A stretch of DNA of 64,000 bases, taken from Octopus vulgaris (Eukaryota). The stretch is taken from the NCBI GenBank assembly GCA_951406725.2, contig OX597814.1, positions 17,298,001-17,362,000 of the forward strand, in the 5' to 3' direction. Position numbers and translations under genes: made by a program. Within the stretch, counting starts at the first letter, position 1; each line of letters opens with the position of its first letter. Positions 40,702-53,751 of the stretch are shown piece after piece. The notes under the pieces are model-generated. The model ran no database searches, had not been told where the DNA came from, and saw nothing but the letters and a program-made list of their open reading frames with translations.

Positions 40702-41785
40702 GGCAGCGAGCTGGCAGAAACGTTAAGCACGCCGGGCGAAATGCGTAGCCGTATTTCGTCTGCCGTTACGTTCTTAGGTCAAGTTCCGCCGAGATCGACT
40801 TTGCCTTTCAGCCCTTCGTGGTCGATTAAATAAGTATCAGTTACGCACTGGGGTCGATAAAATCGACTTAATACGTTTGTCTGTCCTTGTTTGTCCTCTC
40901 TGCGTTTAGCCCTTTGTGTGTAGTAAAGAAATAGGTATTTTGTCTGCCGCTACGTTCTGAGTTCAAATTCCGCCGAGGTCGACTTTGCCCCTTGTGGGAA
41001 ATAAAGAAATAAGAATCGTTAGCAACGCCGGGCGAAATACTTAGCAGTATTTCATGTCTTTACGTCTGAGTTCAAATTCCGCTGAGGTCGACTTTGCTTT
41101 TCATCCTTTCGGGGTCGATAAACTAAGTACCAGTTACGCACTGGGGTCGATGTAATTGACTTAATACCTTTGTCGGTCCTTGCTTGTCCCCTGTATGTTG
41201 AGCCCCTTGTAGGCAATAAAGACATAAGAATCGTTAACACGCCGGGTAAACTATCTAGCGATATGCTGTCCATCTTCACGTTCCCAGTTCAAATTCCGCC
41301 GAGGAAGACTTCACCTTTCATACTTTCGGGGTTGATAAAACAAGAACTGGATTAGTGCTGGGGTCGATCTATTCGACACGTCTTGTGCCAATAGTAGAAA
41401 GGATAATTATAATAATGTTTTCAATTTTGGCACAAAACCAGCTATTTCGGAGGAGAGGGTAGATCGATTACGTCGACACCATTACTCAACTGGTACTTAT
41501 TTTATCGACTCTGGAAGGATAAAAAATAAAGTCGACTTCGGTGGAATTTGAACTGAGAACATAAAGACAGATGAAATGCCGCTAAGCATTTTGTCCAGTG
41601 TGCTAATGTTACTACTGGTATTTCGTCCACCTTCATGTTGAGTTCAAATTCTTCCGAGGTCGACTTTGCTTTTCATCATTTGGGATCGATAAATTAAGTA
41701 CCAGTGAAACATTAGGGCCGATGTAATTGACTACTCCACCCCCCTCAAAAATATCAGATCTTGTCACTTGAGTAGAAAGAATTAT
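40702..41785. mobile_element. Cluster of about 6 SINE family B units (tandem +, one - at ~41410-41610)
   Basis: Repeated gagttcaaattccgccgaggtcgactttgc and aagtaccagttacgcactggggtcga; aaagaaataag junctions. Confidence 0.88.
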
Positions 41786-41924
41786 TGTTATTGTTGTTTT
41801 TATTGCTGTTGTTGTCTTCTTCTACTTCTACTTCTTCTTCTCCTTCTTCTCTTTCTCATTCTTCTTCTTCTTCTTCTTCCAGTTAGGACTCACGCCATTA
41901 ATAATCTCTAATTCCAGCCTACTC

Positions 41925-42312
41925 TAAGCTACTAAGAATGCGTGTGGCAACTTGAAGATCCACCCACACCACACGCGATAGACTGGCGGTTCCACGGGCG
42001 CGAAAGCTACGTTGTTATCCTCATTCCGTAAACGGAGGCTTTTTAATGGGTGGAGAGCTGAACCATCCTGGGGTACAGAGGATTCGCAATCTAGACTACG
42101 GTCTGAAAGTTTTATCACACCATAGTGGGTTACACCATGGTTCCTCTGCTTTGTGGTAGAAGTAGGAAGAAATAGTGAGAGAAAGTTGTGGTGAATGAGT
42201 ACAGCGGAGCCTCGTGGAGCTTAGGTGTTTTGCTCAATAAACACTCACAATGCCTGGTCTGGGAATCGAAACCGCGTTCTTACGACTGGGAGTCCACTGG
42301 GCCACTGCGCCT
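41925..42312 (-). mobile_element. SINE family C head (42165-42312) with a different 3' segment
   Basis: Head to tttctctcactatttcttcct, then an unrelated GC-richer 240 bp. Confidence 0.7.
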
Positions 42313-42316
42313 CTAC

Positions 42317-42663
42317 GGCTGTTGTTGTTGCTGCTGTTGAGCGAGCGAAGCGGTCTTCGTCCCAGAGCTCGCAGTGGGAGAAGTCCGAATCGCAGAAGAG
42401 TAAGCAGGTCAACCCCCCGACACCAAGAGCATCGACGGATGGGTGAATGTGCGTAGGAAGTTGGGGACAAGAAGCAGGAAGAAAGAGTGAGAGAAATTTG
42501 GGGCGAAAGAGTACAACAGGGGTCGCCACCAACCCCTGCCGGTGCCTCGTGGAACTTTAGGTGTTTTCGCTCAATAAACACACACACAACGCCCGGTCTG
42601 GGAATCGAAACCGCGATCCTCCGACCGCGAGTCCACTGCCCCTAACCACTGGGCCATTGCGCC
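42317..42663 (-). mobile_element. SINE family C head (42470-42663) with another 3' tail ending in (CAA)n
   Basis: Head to ctttcttcctgcttcttg, then tccccaacttcc...cttcgctcgctcaacagcagcaacaacaac. Confidence 0.8.
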
Positions 42664-43174
42664 TTTTGTTGTTGCTGCTGCTGTTGTTAGTGTTGCAGTT
42701 ATTCTTAATATTATTATGATTATTATTGTTGCCGTCACTGCTGCTACTGCTGCTACTGCTGCTTTCAATACAGCTGCTGCATCTGCTGATGCTGCTGCAA
42801 TCTGAATTGTTTCTTTTTTATATAAAGAAGAACGGTTATTCAGTGCTAAACTTCAGAAAGAATTCCAGCATCAAATATTTGGCTTGGCGACGACAACGAC
42901 GACGAGGAGGAGGAGGAGGAGGAGCGGAGGAAGAGGAGGGTGAAATGGAAGACAAAGTGCGAGATAATGCTCTAATAAAAATACACCCTAAATAATTTCT
43001 ATATTTACCACGAGAGGAGGACTAGATTAGATAATACAATGTAAGAAAATGTATTTATGTAACAATACGAGGCATGTATTGAATGGTATGAGCACAGACG
43101 TGTGCCCGCGACTCCCCCGCCACACACGCACACACACACATACACAGACGTTTGTACATATATACATATACACA

Positions 43175-43500
43175 GGTGAAGGCGCGTGGCTTAGTGGTTA
43201 GGGCATTCGGCTCACGATTGTAAGGTCGTGAGTTCGATTCCAAGCGACGCGTTGTGTCCTTGAGCAAGACACTTTATTTCATGTTGCTCCAGTCCACTCA
43301 GCTGGCAAAAATGAGTTGTACCTGTATTTCAAAGGGCCGGCCTTGTCACACCTTGTGTCACGCTGAATCTCCCTGAGAACTACGTTAAGGGTAAACGTGT
43401 CTGTGGAGTGCTCAGCCACTTGCACGTTAATTTCACGAGCAGCCTGTTCTGTTGATCGTATCAGCTGGGACCCTCGTCGTCGTAACCGACGGAGTGCTCC
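43175..43500 (+). mobile_element. SINE family C2 (CORE-type middle, family C tail) with TSD
   Basis: gtgtccttgagcaagacacttt..ccagtccactcagctggcaaaaatgag. TSD acatatacaca at 43164 and 43504. Confidence 0.9.
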
Positions 43501-43696
43501 TTAACATATACACAATTTGTACGTATCACTTACCAAATATACATGCTCCTCTGTGTGCGATTGTGTGTCTGTGTCTATGTGAATGTGTTTCTCTGTGTGT
43601 GTCTGTGTGTGTGTGTGTGAGTCCCCGGGTACACATATACATGCATACACATCAACGATTAGTATAACATGCTCCCTACCACCACCTACAACAATA

Positions 43697-44091
43697 TCTT
43701 TATATATAAAAGTGAAGTTGTGTGTCTGTCTCCTACGATTTAGATTCCTAACTACTCCCACATTTTGCGGTGCAGTTTAACCAAAACCGGGTATCTTATA
43801 GCCGTGATTCATATCGAGATCTTCTGGGTATTAGCGCGCGTCTACGATGAGTCTACGATTTTAAAAATAATTTACCATCATTTTTTTCCATTTTAATGCA
43901 TTTTTTCCGCTATTATATAAGGGAAGTAACTCTCTAAAAATGTCTACGATGAGTCAACGATTTAAAAAAAAAATTGCCATAATTTTTTTTCCATTTTAAT
44001 GCATTTTTTTGCTATTTTTTGGCTATAACTCTAAAATGCTTATATAGTTATTTCCCTTACAAACCCGAGCAACGCCGGGCGATACTGCTAG
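43697..44091 (+). mobile_element. Non-autonomous Helitron, complete (two internal units)
   Basis: A|TC start, CTAG|T end, no TSD, hairpin cccgagcaacgccggg just before the end. Confidence 0.93.
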
Positions 44092-44414
44092 TTTAATATA
44101 AAATATTCTATAGTTGTTGCTGTTGTATTTGTCGTCGTATTTAGTGAGAATGGTTACGATGGTGATGCCAGCTGTGGTAAGTTAGGCGAAGAAAGTGAAG
44201 TTAAATATCAAATATGTAACAAGTATTTGAATGAATTATTAAAAGAAGACGTAAGCAGTATAAAATAACGAAATAAACATTAGGAATATATGGAAAACCT
44301 CACAAAACAAACAGAACAGAACAATTGTATTTGGAATGTATGTGGAAAATTTGTACGCAATGATTCCGTTTGTAGGTTTGTATGATTATACTTTTGTATA
44401 TAAATTAGTAGAAA

Positions 44415-44699
44415 TCTTTATATATAAAAGTCAAGTTCTGTGTCTGTCTCCTACGATTTAGATTCCTAACTACTCCCACATTTTGCGGTGCAGTTTAACC
44501 AAAACCGGGTATCTTATAGTCGTGATTCATATCGATCCCTTCTGGGTATTAGCGCGCGTCTACGATGAGTCTACGATTAAAAAAAAAATTACCATAATTT
44601 TTTCCCATTTTTAATGCATTTTTTTGGCTATAATTCTCTAAAAATGCTTATATAGTTATTTCCCTTACAAACCCGAGCAACGCCGGGCGATACTGCTAG
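44415..44699 (+). mobile_element. Non-autonomous Helitron, complete (one internal unit)
   Basis: Same termini and hairpin as 43697, but 110 bp shorter. Confidence 0.93.
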
Positions 44700-45109
44700 T
44701 ATAAATATAAAGTGTAAAATATTTGGGTTTTAACTATAAAAGAATTTCACGTAGTCATAGAATCGTAGAACGCGACTTGGTTAGAATAACGGAATGATGG
44801 AATAAATACAATGATAAATATGAATGATTAGAAAGAGATTAGGTGATTGTAGGAAAAAATTTGGAATTTAGGAGACAGGAAAAATTACTGCAAACAGGCT
44901 AAAGGAGTAAAAAAAATTTTGAAATGAAAAATAGAAAGGATAGGCTTAATGAAGGAAAATGGAAGGAGTAGGGAAAGAAAATATAGTAAAATTAGAAGGG
45001 AGGTAGTGATGAAAGCAGAAAAGAAAGAGGGATGGGAGAATAAAATGAATGAAATACTTAAAAGACAGATTAAATGAATACGTTCAAGTCTTAATGACAG
45101 AGAGTGAGA

Positions 45110-45352
45110 TACACTTTTACGTGTTTAAGTCATTTGACTGCGGCCATGCTGGAGCACAGCCTTTAGTCGAGCAAATCGACCCCAGGACTTATTCTTTGTA
45201 AGCCTAGTACTTATTCTATATCGGTCTCTTTTACCGAACCGCTATGTTACGGAGATGCAAACACAGCAGCATCGGTTGTCAAACGATGTTGGGGAGACAA
45301 ATACAGACACACAAACACACACACACACAGACACACATATATATATGTGTGT

Positions 45353-45389
<37 letters not shown>

Positions 45390-45570
45390 TGTATATATAT
45401 ATATATACGACGGGCTTCTTTCAGTTTCCGTCTACCAAATACACTCACAAGGCTTTGATCGGCCCGTGGCTATAGTAGAATACACTTGCCCAAGGTGCCA
45501 CGCAGTGGGACTGAACCCGGAACCATGTGGTTGGTAAGCAAGCTACTAACCACACAGCCACTACTGCGCC
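45110..45570 (-). mobile_element. SINE family A, full length
   Basis: Collinear with the 6521 copy. Confidence 0.92.
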
Positions 45571-45734
45571 TATGTTGAAATAGGAATATAGCTTTTTTGA
45601 AATATATATTAAGGAAAGAAAGAAGGAAAGATGGAAGAAGGAAAAACTAGAATGAATGACTGATTGAATGAATGAAAGAGCCAGTCAATCAATACTCAAT
45701 TCATTTTGAAATATCTAATCAATAATTGAAAGAA

Positions 45735-46180
45735 ATAATGGAACGAATGTCAGTTCTACCGGGAAAATTCAAAATGACATTCTTCAGAACATCTTTCACA
45801 TTTGTTGTAAGGATCAAGTTTTTGGACCCTGACAGAAGCATTTGAGAAGAAACTGGATGGCGCATACAACAAAATGTTTAGCGTTGTATAAAACGTAAAC
45901 TGACATCAACGTATTACAAATGATAGTTTATGTGGAAACTTGCACAAAATAATGACTATTGCTCAAAGACGGTTACAATTTGTAGAACATTGTTGGAGAA
46001 GTAAGCAGCAAGTAACATACAAGCTAATATTATGGGACCAACTGAAGGGAGACGCAATAGAAGAAAACCTGCTAGAACATTCATCGATAAACTTTCGGAC
46101 GATACAAACCTCAGTGAGGAGCTGTTGCCAGGAACAAAGGAAAATCATGAATTTTTAAGACATGAATGATGGATCATAGT
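45735..46180 (+). mobile_element. Decayed RTE LINE C-terminal fragment
   Basis: WTLTEAFEKKLDGAYNKM..QRRLQFVEHCWRS..KLILW. Confidence 0.8.
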
Positions 46181-46583
46181 CGCAAGGAAAAAACTTCACA
46201 CACGACTCTTGGGTCTATCGCAAAATTTAGTAAAAGTACTTGCGCAAGGCAGCAGGTAGTGAGGTTTGAACTCGGAACATTAGAGTTGTGAGGTGTACTT
46301 CGTAACTACTTAGAATAAAAATGAAATACAGATTTCTCGTTCGATGAATCAGTCCATTTAAACAGCAGTAACAATAGGAAACGGTTGGGTTTTCATTCTT
46401 CGTTACTACCTGAAAAATTTTAGTCAGTATTTACTTTTAATTAATATTTCATTACATCCTTTGATCTTTGGTTGAATATAAAGCGATTATGATATCGGTG
46501 ATGAGTTGGTGTTGAAAGGACTGGCGTTTCAAATACACACAGACACACACACACACACACACAAACATATATATATGTATATA

Positions 46584-46654
<71 letters not shown>

Positions 46655-46679
46655 GGGTGAGCATACGTTCCCAACCCAA

Positions 46680-47025
46680 TTAAGGATCACAGCACATAAA
46701 TACACTGCAACACAATATATTTTCTTCAACAGGCCCTGCCCTATTTAACATTGTCCCCTAAAGAGATCAAAGAGGAAAAGGATGCCATCACTTTTAAACG
46801 GAATCTGGACAAATTTCTTCAACGAATACTAGACAAGCCACACATATCTGGATACAACTCACTCTGCAAAAACTCCCTACTCGAATGGACCATGATACCA
46901 CAAAACTTGATTTAAAAAATAATTAAATTCTAAATAAATTTAGCTAATCCTATCAGGTGGTGCTTTTAAGTTAGGCATGGCCTGGACCAATCTTTGGTCG
47001 AAACATATCCAAGTTATCTAAATTA
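46680..47025 (+). mobile_element. CR1-group LINE 3' end
   Basis: FSSTGPALFNIVPKEIK..FKRNLDKFLQRILDKP..NSLLEW, followed by a short 3' UTR. Confidence 0.8.
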
Positions 47026-47204
47026 TATACATGTATATATATATGGATCAACACATTTTGATTCGGAATCTCAAGCCTCAAATCAGGCCAGCGGAGGAAA
47101 TTCGAATAAATATGGAAGTGCAGAAGGTCCAAAATGGTTACTGGCAGCGTGCCCATTCTTTCGATTGTCGGTTTACCATATGTGCGTGTGTGTGTGTGTA
47201 AGCA

Positions 47205-47397
47205 CAGGCGTGGCGCGTCTGTAGTAAGATGTTTTCTTCCCAACTTCATGGTCCTGGTATCAGTCCTTCTGCATAGCACTTTGGGCAAGCAAGTGTCATC
47301 TTCTTTAGCTTCGAGTCAACCAAACACTTGTGAATGAATTTGGCTGTTCCGTTGATCGGATCAAATGGAACCCACGTCATCGTAACCGACGGAGTGT
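47205..47397 (+). mobile_element. Chimeric SINE: family A 5' part joined to family C tail
   Basis: ..gcactttgggcaag..ttgtgaatgaatttgg|ctgttccgttgatcggatc..cgtaaccgacggagtg. Confidence 0.7.
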
Positions 47398-47406
47398 CAC
47401 GATATG

Positions 47407-47453
<47 letters not shown>

Positions 47454-47502
47454 CTTCAGTATGCTCGATTTGTGGATGTGTGTATATAAATTTATATATA
47501 TA

Positions 47503-47678
47503 GGCGCAGGAGTGGGTGTGTGGTAAGTAGCTTGCTTACCAACCACATGGTTCCGGGTTCAGTCCCACAGCGTGGAACCTTGGGCAAGTGTCTTCTACTA
47601 TAGCCTTGGGCCGACCAAAGCCTTGTGAGTGGATTTGGTAGACGGAAACTGAAAGAAGCCCGTCGTATATATGTATAG

Positions 47679-47766
<88 letters not shown>

Positions 47767-47986
47767 TTGTGTGTCTGTGTTTGTCCTCCCAACATCACTT
47801 GACAAACGATGCTGGTGTGTTTACGTCCCCGTAACTTATCGGTTCGGTAAAACAGACCGATCGAATAAATACTAGGCTTCCAAAGAATAAGTGCTGGAGT
47901 CGATTTGCTCGACTAAAGGTGTTGCTCTAGCATCGCCACAGTCAAATGACTGAAACAAGTAAAAGAGTAAAAGAGAGAGTAAAGAG

Positions 47987-47988
<2 letters not shown>
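47503..47988 (+). mobile_element. SINE family A, full length
   Basis: ggcgcaggagtgg...gactgaaacaagtaaaagagtaaaagag. Confidence 0.92.
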
Positions 47989-48020
<32 letters not shown>

Positions 48021-48073
48021 TGTATATGTGTGTATGTGTGTGTGTTTCTGTATCTGTTTGCATACACACACAC

Positions 48074-48106
<33 letters not shown>

Positions 48107-48235
48107 CACACACGCACGAACACAGAATACTTCTATATTTACATACACACATGGATATGCATATGTAATTATTTCATTAAATTTTTATTTTCTCCATATA
48201 TTCTTTTATATATGTAAATATTTTTCGTTATTCCT

Positions 48236-48308
<73 letters not shown>

Positions 48309-48431
48309 CCTTTGCAGATCATATATCACCATAATCTTTTCAGCAATTCACATATTTCCCGGAATTTTGCATGTTCACAGCAAACGACTTTCGTAATTAT
48401 TATTTACTCACGTTAGAAATTCTTATTTAAA

Positions 48432-48462
<31 letters not shown>

Positions 48463-48970
48463 TATTTTTAAATTCATTTTCAGAAATCATAATAATATTT
48501 GCTTATTACGTCACATTTCAGCGCATTTAATTTATAAATTAATTAATTTCCAGTTTTTGTTGTTTTCCGTTAGTTTTTTTTTTTTGCGTATCTATCAGTC
48601 TGTTTATCTATTCCTTAATTTGTGTGTATGTTTGCCTGTTTACCTGTTTGTTAGCTCAAGGAAGTTACTCTAATCTCATAGACGTTCGGTTTTGTGAAAG
48701 AAAGTTGATGTTCTGGTATTTTGTCATTTCGTTCAATGCAAAACATGCTCGTTTGAAGTGATTTTCCTTTACTATTTATTCCTGTATTTTTATTATATTT
48801 TTCGATCCTTTTTTTTTTTTTTTCTCTCTCTCATGAAATGAATCTAGCTGAATAAATTATCTTGGCATGAAGTATATCGCTGCCTGACTGTCTGTCTTCC
48901 TGTTTGACTGACTCTATAAGTTTGTCCATAAATAAATCTATACCTGTCTCTCTCCTCTCTTTCGCATTCC

Positions 48971-49029
<59 letters not shown>

Positions 49030-49121
49030 ACAAATCAAAGTTCAAAACTAACAAAAGTCTCTCTCCTTCCCGTTCTCTCTTTCTCTTGAGTCTCTCTCCT
49101 TCCCGTTCTCTCTTTCTCTTG

Positions 49122-49154
<33 letters not shown>

Positions 49155-49280
49155 GGGAGAGAGCGGGGAGGAAGATGCATAGATGCATCCATACATACAC
49201 ACAAACACACAAGCACGCGCGCATACTCTTATGCACGCTGACACTCACATTCTCGCCCGCATTTGCCAGCTCTTAATCTT

Positions 49281-49340
<60 letters not shown>

Positions 49341-49753
49341 TTTGCCTTTGTCTAGGGAGCATGATCACGATCTTACGGATGAGCTTATGGGAAATAACAC
49401 AGTAACGAGTGACACATATTTCAACGACACAAACATATATACAGGTATTTTAAATACCATACAGCATAAATTTTGATTCCTTAAAACTATTCTCTGCTCT
49501 AAAGGATGTTTCATAATTAGCAAATAACAATTAAGACTAAATTCTGTTTAGAAAGGGAACTAAGCATTCTTGAAAGCTGACACGTCATTCAGGAAAAGAG
49601 AAAGAAGGCTTAATCTCTAGAGACAAGAAGACATTTGGTAATTATGGAATATTGTCGAGAAGCGGTGATGATTTGAATAATCTACGATTTCATGTTGTAT
49701 GTTATTTGAGATGTATTACTAATCCTATCTATATATTGTTTAAATACAAGCCA

Positions 49754-50139
49754 GTGGGGGTGCAATGGCCCAGTGGTTAGGGCAGCGAACTCGCGGTCAT
49801 AGGATCGCGGTTTCGATTCCCAGACCGGGCGTTGTGAGTGTTTATTGAGCGAAAACACCTAAAGCCCGACGAGGCTCCGGCAGGGGATGGTGGTGATCCT
49901 TGCTGCACTCTTTCACCACAACTTTCTCTCACTCTTACTTCCTGTTTCTGTTGTACCTGTATTTCAAAGGGCCGGCCTTGTCACTCTCTGTGTCACGCTG
50001 AATATCCTCGAGAACTACGTTAAGGGTACACGTGTCTGTGGAGTGCTCAGCCACTTACACGTTAATTTCACGAGCAGGCTGTTCCGTTGATTCGGATCAA
50101 CCGGAACCCTCGTCGTCGTAACCGACGGAGTGCTTCCAC
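49754..50139 (+). mobile_element. SINE family C, full length, 12-bp TSD
   Basis: TSD aaatacaagcca at 49742 and 50140. Confidence 0.93.
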
Positions 50140-50170
50140 AAATACAAGCCATCGACCGCACAGTTAATAG

Positions 50171-50204
<34 letters not shown>

Positions 50205-50521
50205 ACGAGAGAGAGAGAGTAAATATTGGTATATGTTTTTATTTGTACTTTTCGTGCTGAATGTTGAAATAAAGTTAGTTTTCATCATTAATTCCCAGAG
50301 TTTTTTCTTCGTAGACATCAACCTATTTCTAAAAAAGAATAAAGCACTTGGAGGTTCTCGTAATAGCATTCTAGTGTACTGAAGCTGTTCATCAGAGAAG
50401 CCTTCAACAGCAAGTGCAACCTAGTCGTTGTTTGGTTGACTCTCGCTAATATCCATGCATCCACCCAGATTGGAACTTGAACTTCACTGTCACTATGGAC
50501 TTCAAGTTCTGAGCCTGGATG

Positions 50522-51786
50522 AATAACAGTCAAAATTATGGTTTCATTACGATCAGACGGTAATTCCATATTCATCATGAGAATTTTTATTGTCAGGTGG
50601 TTTGGTTGGTGAACTGTATAGATGAATATTACTTCTGGTTAAGAAACATAAGACTTGTCCCAACTTGGAATAGCAATAATATTTTGCACCATCTCTCTTA
50701 TTCTTTATGCCCTTGATGTGCAGGTGGTGACCAAATTAGCCAAGAGTAGTTGGATACGCGAAAAATTAATTAATAATTAACTCTTGGGTGAGAATTATAT
50801 TTCAAACTCATCTAGTCAAGATATGTGTTGCTTTAGAAGGGAACACAGGTTAACAGGTTTTTTTATTCTCCTATACTGTATGCCATCTTCTCCATTACAG
50901 TCGAGGAATGATTTTGGTCCTACTTGGAAAGACTCTGCTGCCGGTCAAAATTCCGACAAAAACCTTTAGGCCTGAAACACAAACATCGGTAGTTGAAGAC
51001 TTATCCACCTGATTCAAGGGCTGTCAATAGTTCATTCTACTCTGAGTCGTGTAGTGTTGGTTAGTTTATACGATTCCGTTGACAAAAGACGGATCACGCA
51101 AAAGAGAAATCAGAAGCTTTTTTCGTACGTGTTTAAGTTTTTAATGCAGTTTCAGGAAAGTGGCACTGTGCAGGGCTACACTCAGCTTTTATCAGCTTAC
51201 ATTCAGTGGGTTCACTGATGAAGTGAACCAGCTGTTTTCTAGAAATCAGCTGTCATTAGGGGCATGAAGGTATGAAAAAAAAATGTAACTAACGGGCGAA
51301 GATATTAGTGGGTATGACAGAGTCACAGGTAACACACACAACACAAAAAAAATTCTGTTGAACTTCTTTGCAACTGGAAGCATAGATTTGATATACATAC
51401 CAAAACCCCGGCTGGCAAGACCCGGGGTAAAAAAAGATACTATCCTATACTGTGAGTGCTTTTTGTAGGCATAGACAAAGAATACGTGAGCAGGACTGTA
51501 AAACTGATGCAGGAGGAAGCGTAGAGGGGTTTGAAGAGAAAGTGTGCATCGGCGTATCGATGCACATAATTATCTGGTCGGGCAACATGCAGTCAAACTT
51601 GCATTTTGATCAAATTTTTAACTTGACTTTCTACGATGCCTTACACAGCCCAGTTAACTTTCATATCTGAGGCAAGAGTGAAATATCTATACAGTTCACC
51701 AACCAAACCACCTGACAATAAAAATTCTCATGATGAATATGGAATTACCGTCTGATCGTAATGAAACCATCATTTTGACTGTTATT
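50522..51786. repeat. 102-bp near-perfect inverted duplication (50522-50623 / 51685-51786)
   Basis: One mismatch seen (ccataattttg versus ccatcattttg). Confidence 0.95.
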
Positions 51787-51847
51787 TCTGAAGAAAAAAA
51801 CTAAAATAAATAAAATTTTAAAATTTTAAAATAAAAAAAAGAAACAA

Positions 51848-52080
51848 GGCGGCGAGCTGGCAGAAACGTTAAGCACGCCGGGCGAGATTCTTAACGGTGA
51901 TTCGTCTGCCGCTACGTTCTGAGTTAAAATTCCGCCGAGGTCGACTTTGCCTTTCATCGTTTCGGGGTCGATAAATTAAGTACCAGTTACGCACTGGGAT
52001 CGATATAATCAACTTAATCCGTTTGTCTGTCCTTGTTTGTTCCCTCTGTGTGTGGCCCTTTGTGGGCAGTAAAGAAATAA
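51848..52080 (+). mobile_element. SINE family B, full length
   Basis: ggcggcgagctggcagaaacgttaagc..ggtcgactttgcctttcatc.tttcggggtcgataaattaagtaccag..aaagaaataa. Confidence 0.92.
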
Positions 52081-52610
52081 GAGTGAAATATCTTGTCCTT
52101 TACGCTCTGAAAGAGTGTCCTTAGAATGTTTTCTCAATTGCTTCCTAAAAGGCAATAGGGGAAAGCCATTATCGTTTGCACTCGGAGTATGTTCTCAAGA
52201 CAGTTGCTGAGAGCATAGCCAAGGCCATCAAGCAAAATAGACCCCAGTACACTCTAAAGCAGTCGATTTTCTTCGCTGCAGTTGGTTCCTTTAGGTGAGA
52301 GATTCTGATGATGAAAGCCCTGAAACTCACGAACAACCCCTGTCACAGCACTCATGATGAGGCTTAAGCTTTTCCAGTAACTCAGATAATATATAACATT
52401 GAAAAATATTTCTTCCTTGCTCTGTTTTCAACCCGATTTAGCCTTGACTAATTAGACATATGATCTAGAGACATTCAAGCTGCTACCATGTAGCTGCCAC
52501 ATTTGCAGAATCAAATTAGAGGTCAAATTAGAGGATTTCGGAGGAGGTTTTACTATTATAATTCCCACTTCTATCATAGATATTTAGAAACATTATCAAG
52601 ATGATATGCT

Positions 52611-52945
52611 ATCATCATCATCATCATCATCATCATCGTTTAACGTCCGTTCTCCATGCTTGCATGGGTTGAACGGTTCGACCGGGGATCTGGGAAGCCA
52701 GAGGGCTGCACAAGGCTCCAGTCTTATCTGGCAATATTTCTACAGCTGGATGCCCTTCCTAACGCCAACCACTCCGTGAGTGTAGTGGGTGCTTTTTACG
52801 TGCCACCCGCACAGGTGCCAGGCGAGGCTGGCAACGGCCACGGTCGGATTGGTGCATTTTACGTGCCACCGGCACGGAAGCCAGTCGAGGCGGCTCTGGC
52901 TTCGGCCACGATTCGGGTGGTGCTTTTTACGTGCCACCGGCACGG
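52611..52945 (-). mobile_element. SINE/RTE-related element 3' part with (GAT)n tail and three internal ~65-bp repeats
   Basis: Minus: ggttggcgttaggaagggcatccagctgtagaaa..ggacgttaaacgatgatgat. ggtgc.ttttacgtgccacc.gcac occurs three times. Confidence 0.8.
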
Positions 52946-53433
52946 AATATATAATATAAATTATCAAGTGGACCCATTCAATCTGAACTTTTGTAATACT
53001 TTATTAGCAGGTCATGATACCACGTTGAGTGTCAATTGTTGGCTCTATTATTGCAATCTGTTAACGAAATAATTATAGTAAATGCAATATTATCAAAAAT
53101 ACCATAAGATAGATGCAGGAAACAGAATCCCTAATGGAACAGATTTTCTTGTCTAGCTCCGAATGGTGTGTATATCTAAACACAATTTATCGTGAAGCTA
53201 TTACCATTAAATTCTTAATATCTTCTTCGCTGTAATAGTTTAAGCATGGGTGGAAGATCAGTGACGATAATCATTTTTGGATGTTCCAAGATGTATAAGA
53301 AGGAAAGTGGTTGTCCTCCGGCCGAGACTTAGTTTTGATACGCTGTGCTCAAGGCGAACAAGACATTTAAGAGATGGTGCTAAACCGGGTGATCTTTAAA
53401 GTCTGCTTTATGAAAACATAGTCTCTATATTTT

Positions 53434-53640
53434 TACTCTTTTACTCTTTTACTTGTTTCAGTCATTTGACTGCGGCCATGCTGGAGCACCGCCTTTAGTC
53501 GAGCAAATCGACCCCGGGACTTATTCTTTGTAAGCCCAGTACTTACTCTATCGGTCTCTTTTGCCGAACCGCTAAGTGACGGGGACACAAACACATCAGC
53601 ATCGGTTGTCAAGCAATGCTAGGGGGACACACAAACACAA

Positions 53641-53693
<53 letters not shown>

Positions 53694-53751
53694 TACGACA
53701 GGCTTCTTTCAGTTTCCGTCTACCAAATCCACTCACAAGGCATTGGTCGGC
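53434..53751 (-). mobile_element. SINE family A, 5'-truncated
   Basis: Near-identical to 6521-6815. Confidence 0.9.

Noticed and set aside
51205-51260. CTGATGA at ~51215 (and at ~52306) as a hammerhead
   Set aside because: No stem II closing onto GAAA; the first lies in a simple gttcac/gtgaac hairpin.
52785-52945. CRISPR-like repeat-spacer pattern
   Set aside because: Eukaryotic context, only three units, related spacers, no cas genes, inside a retroelement.
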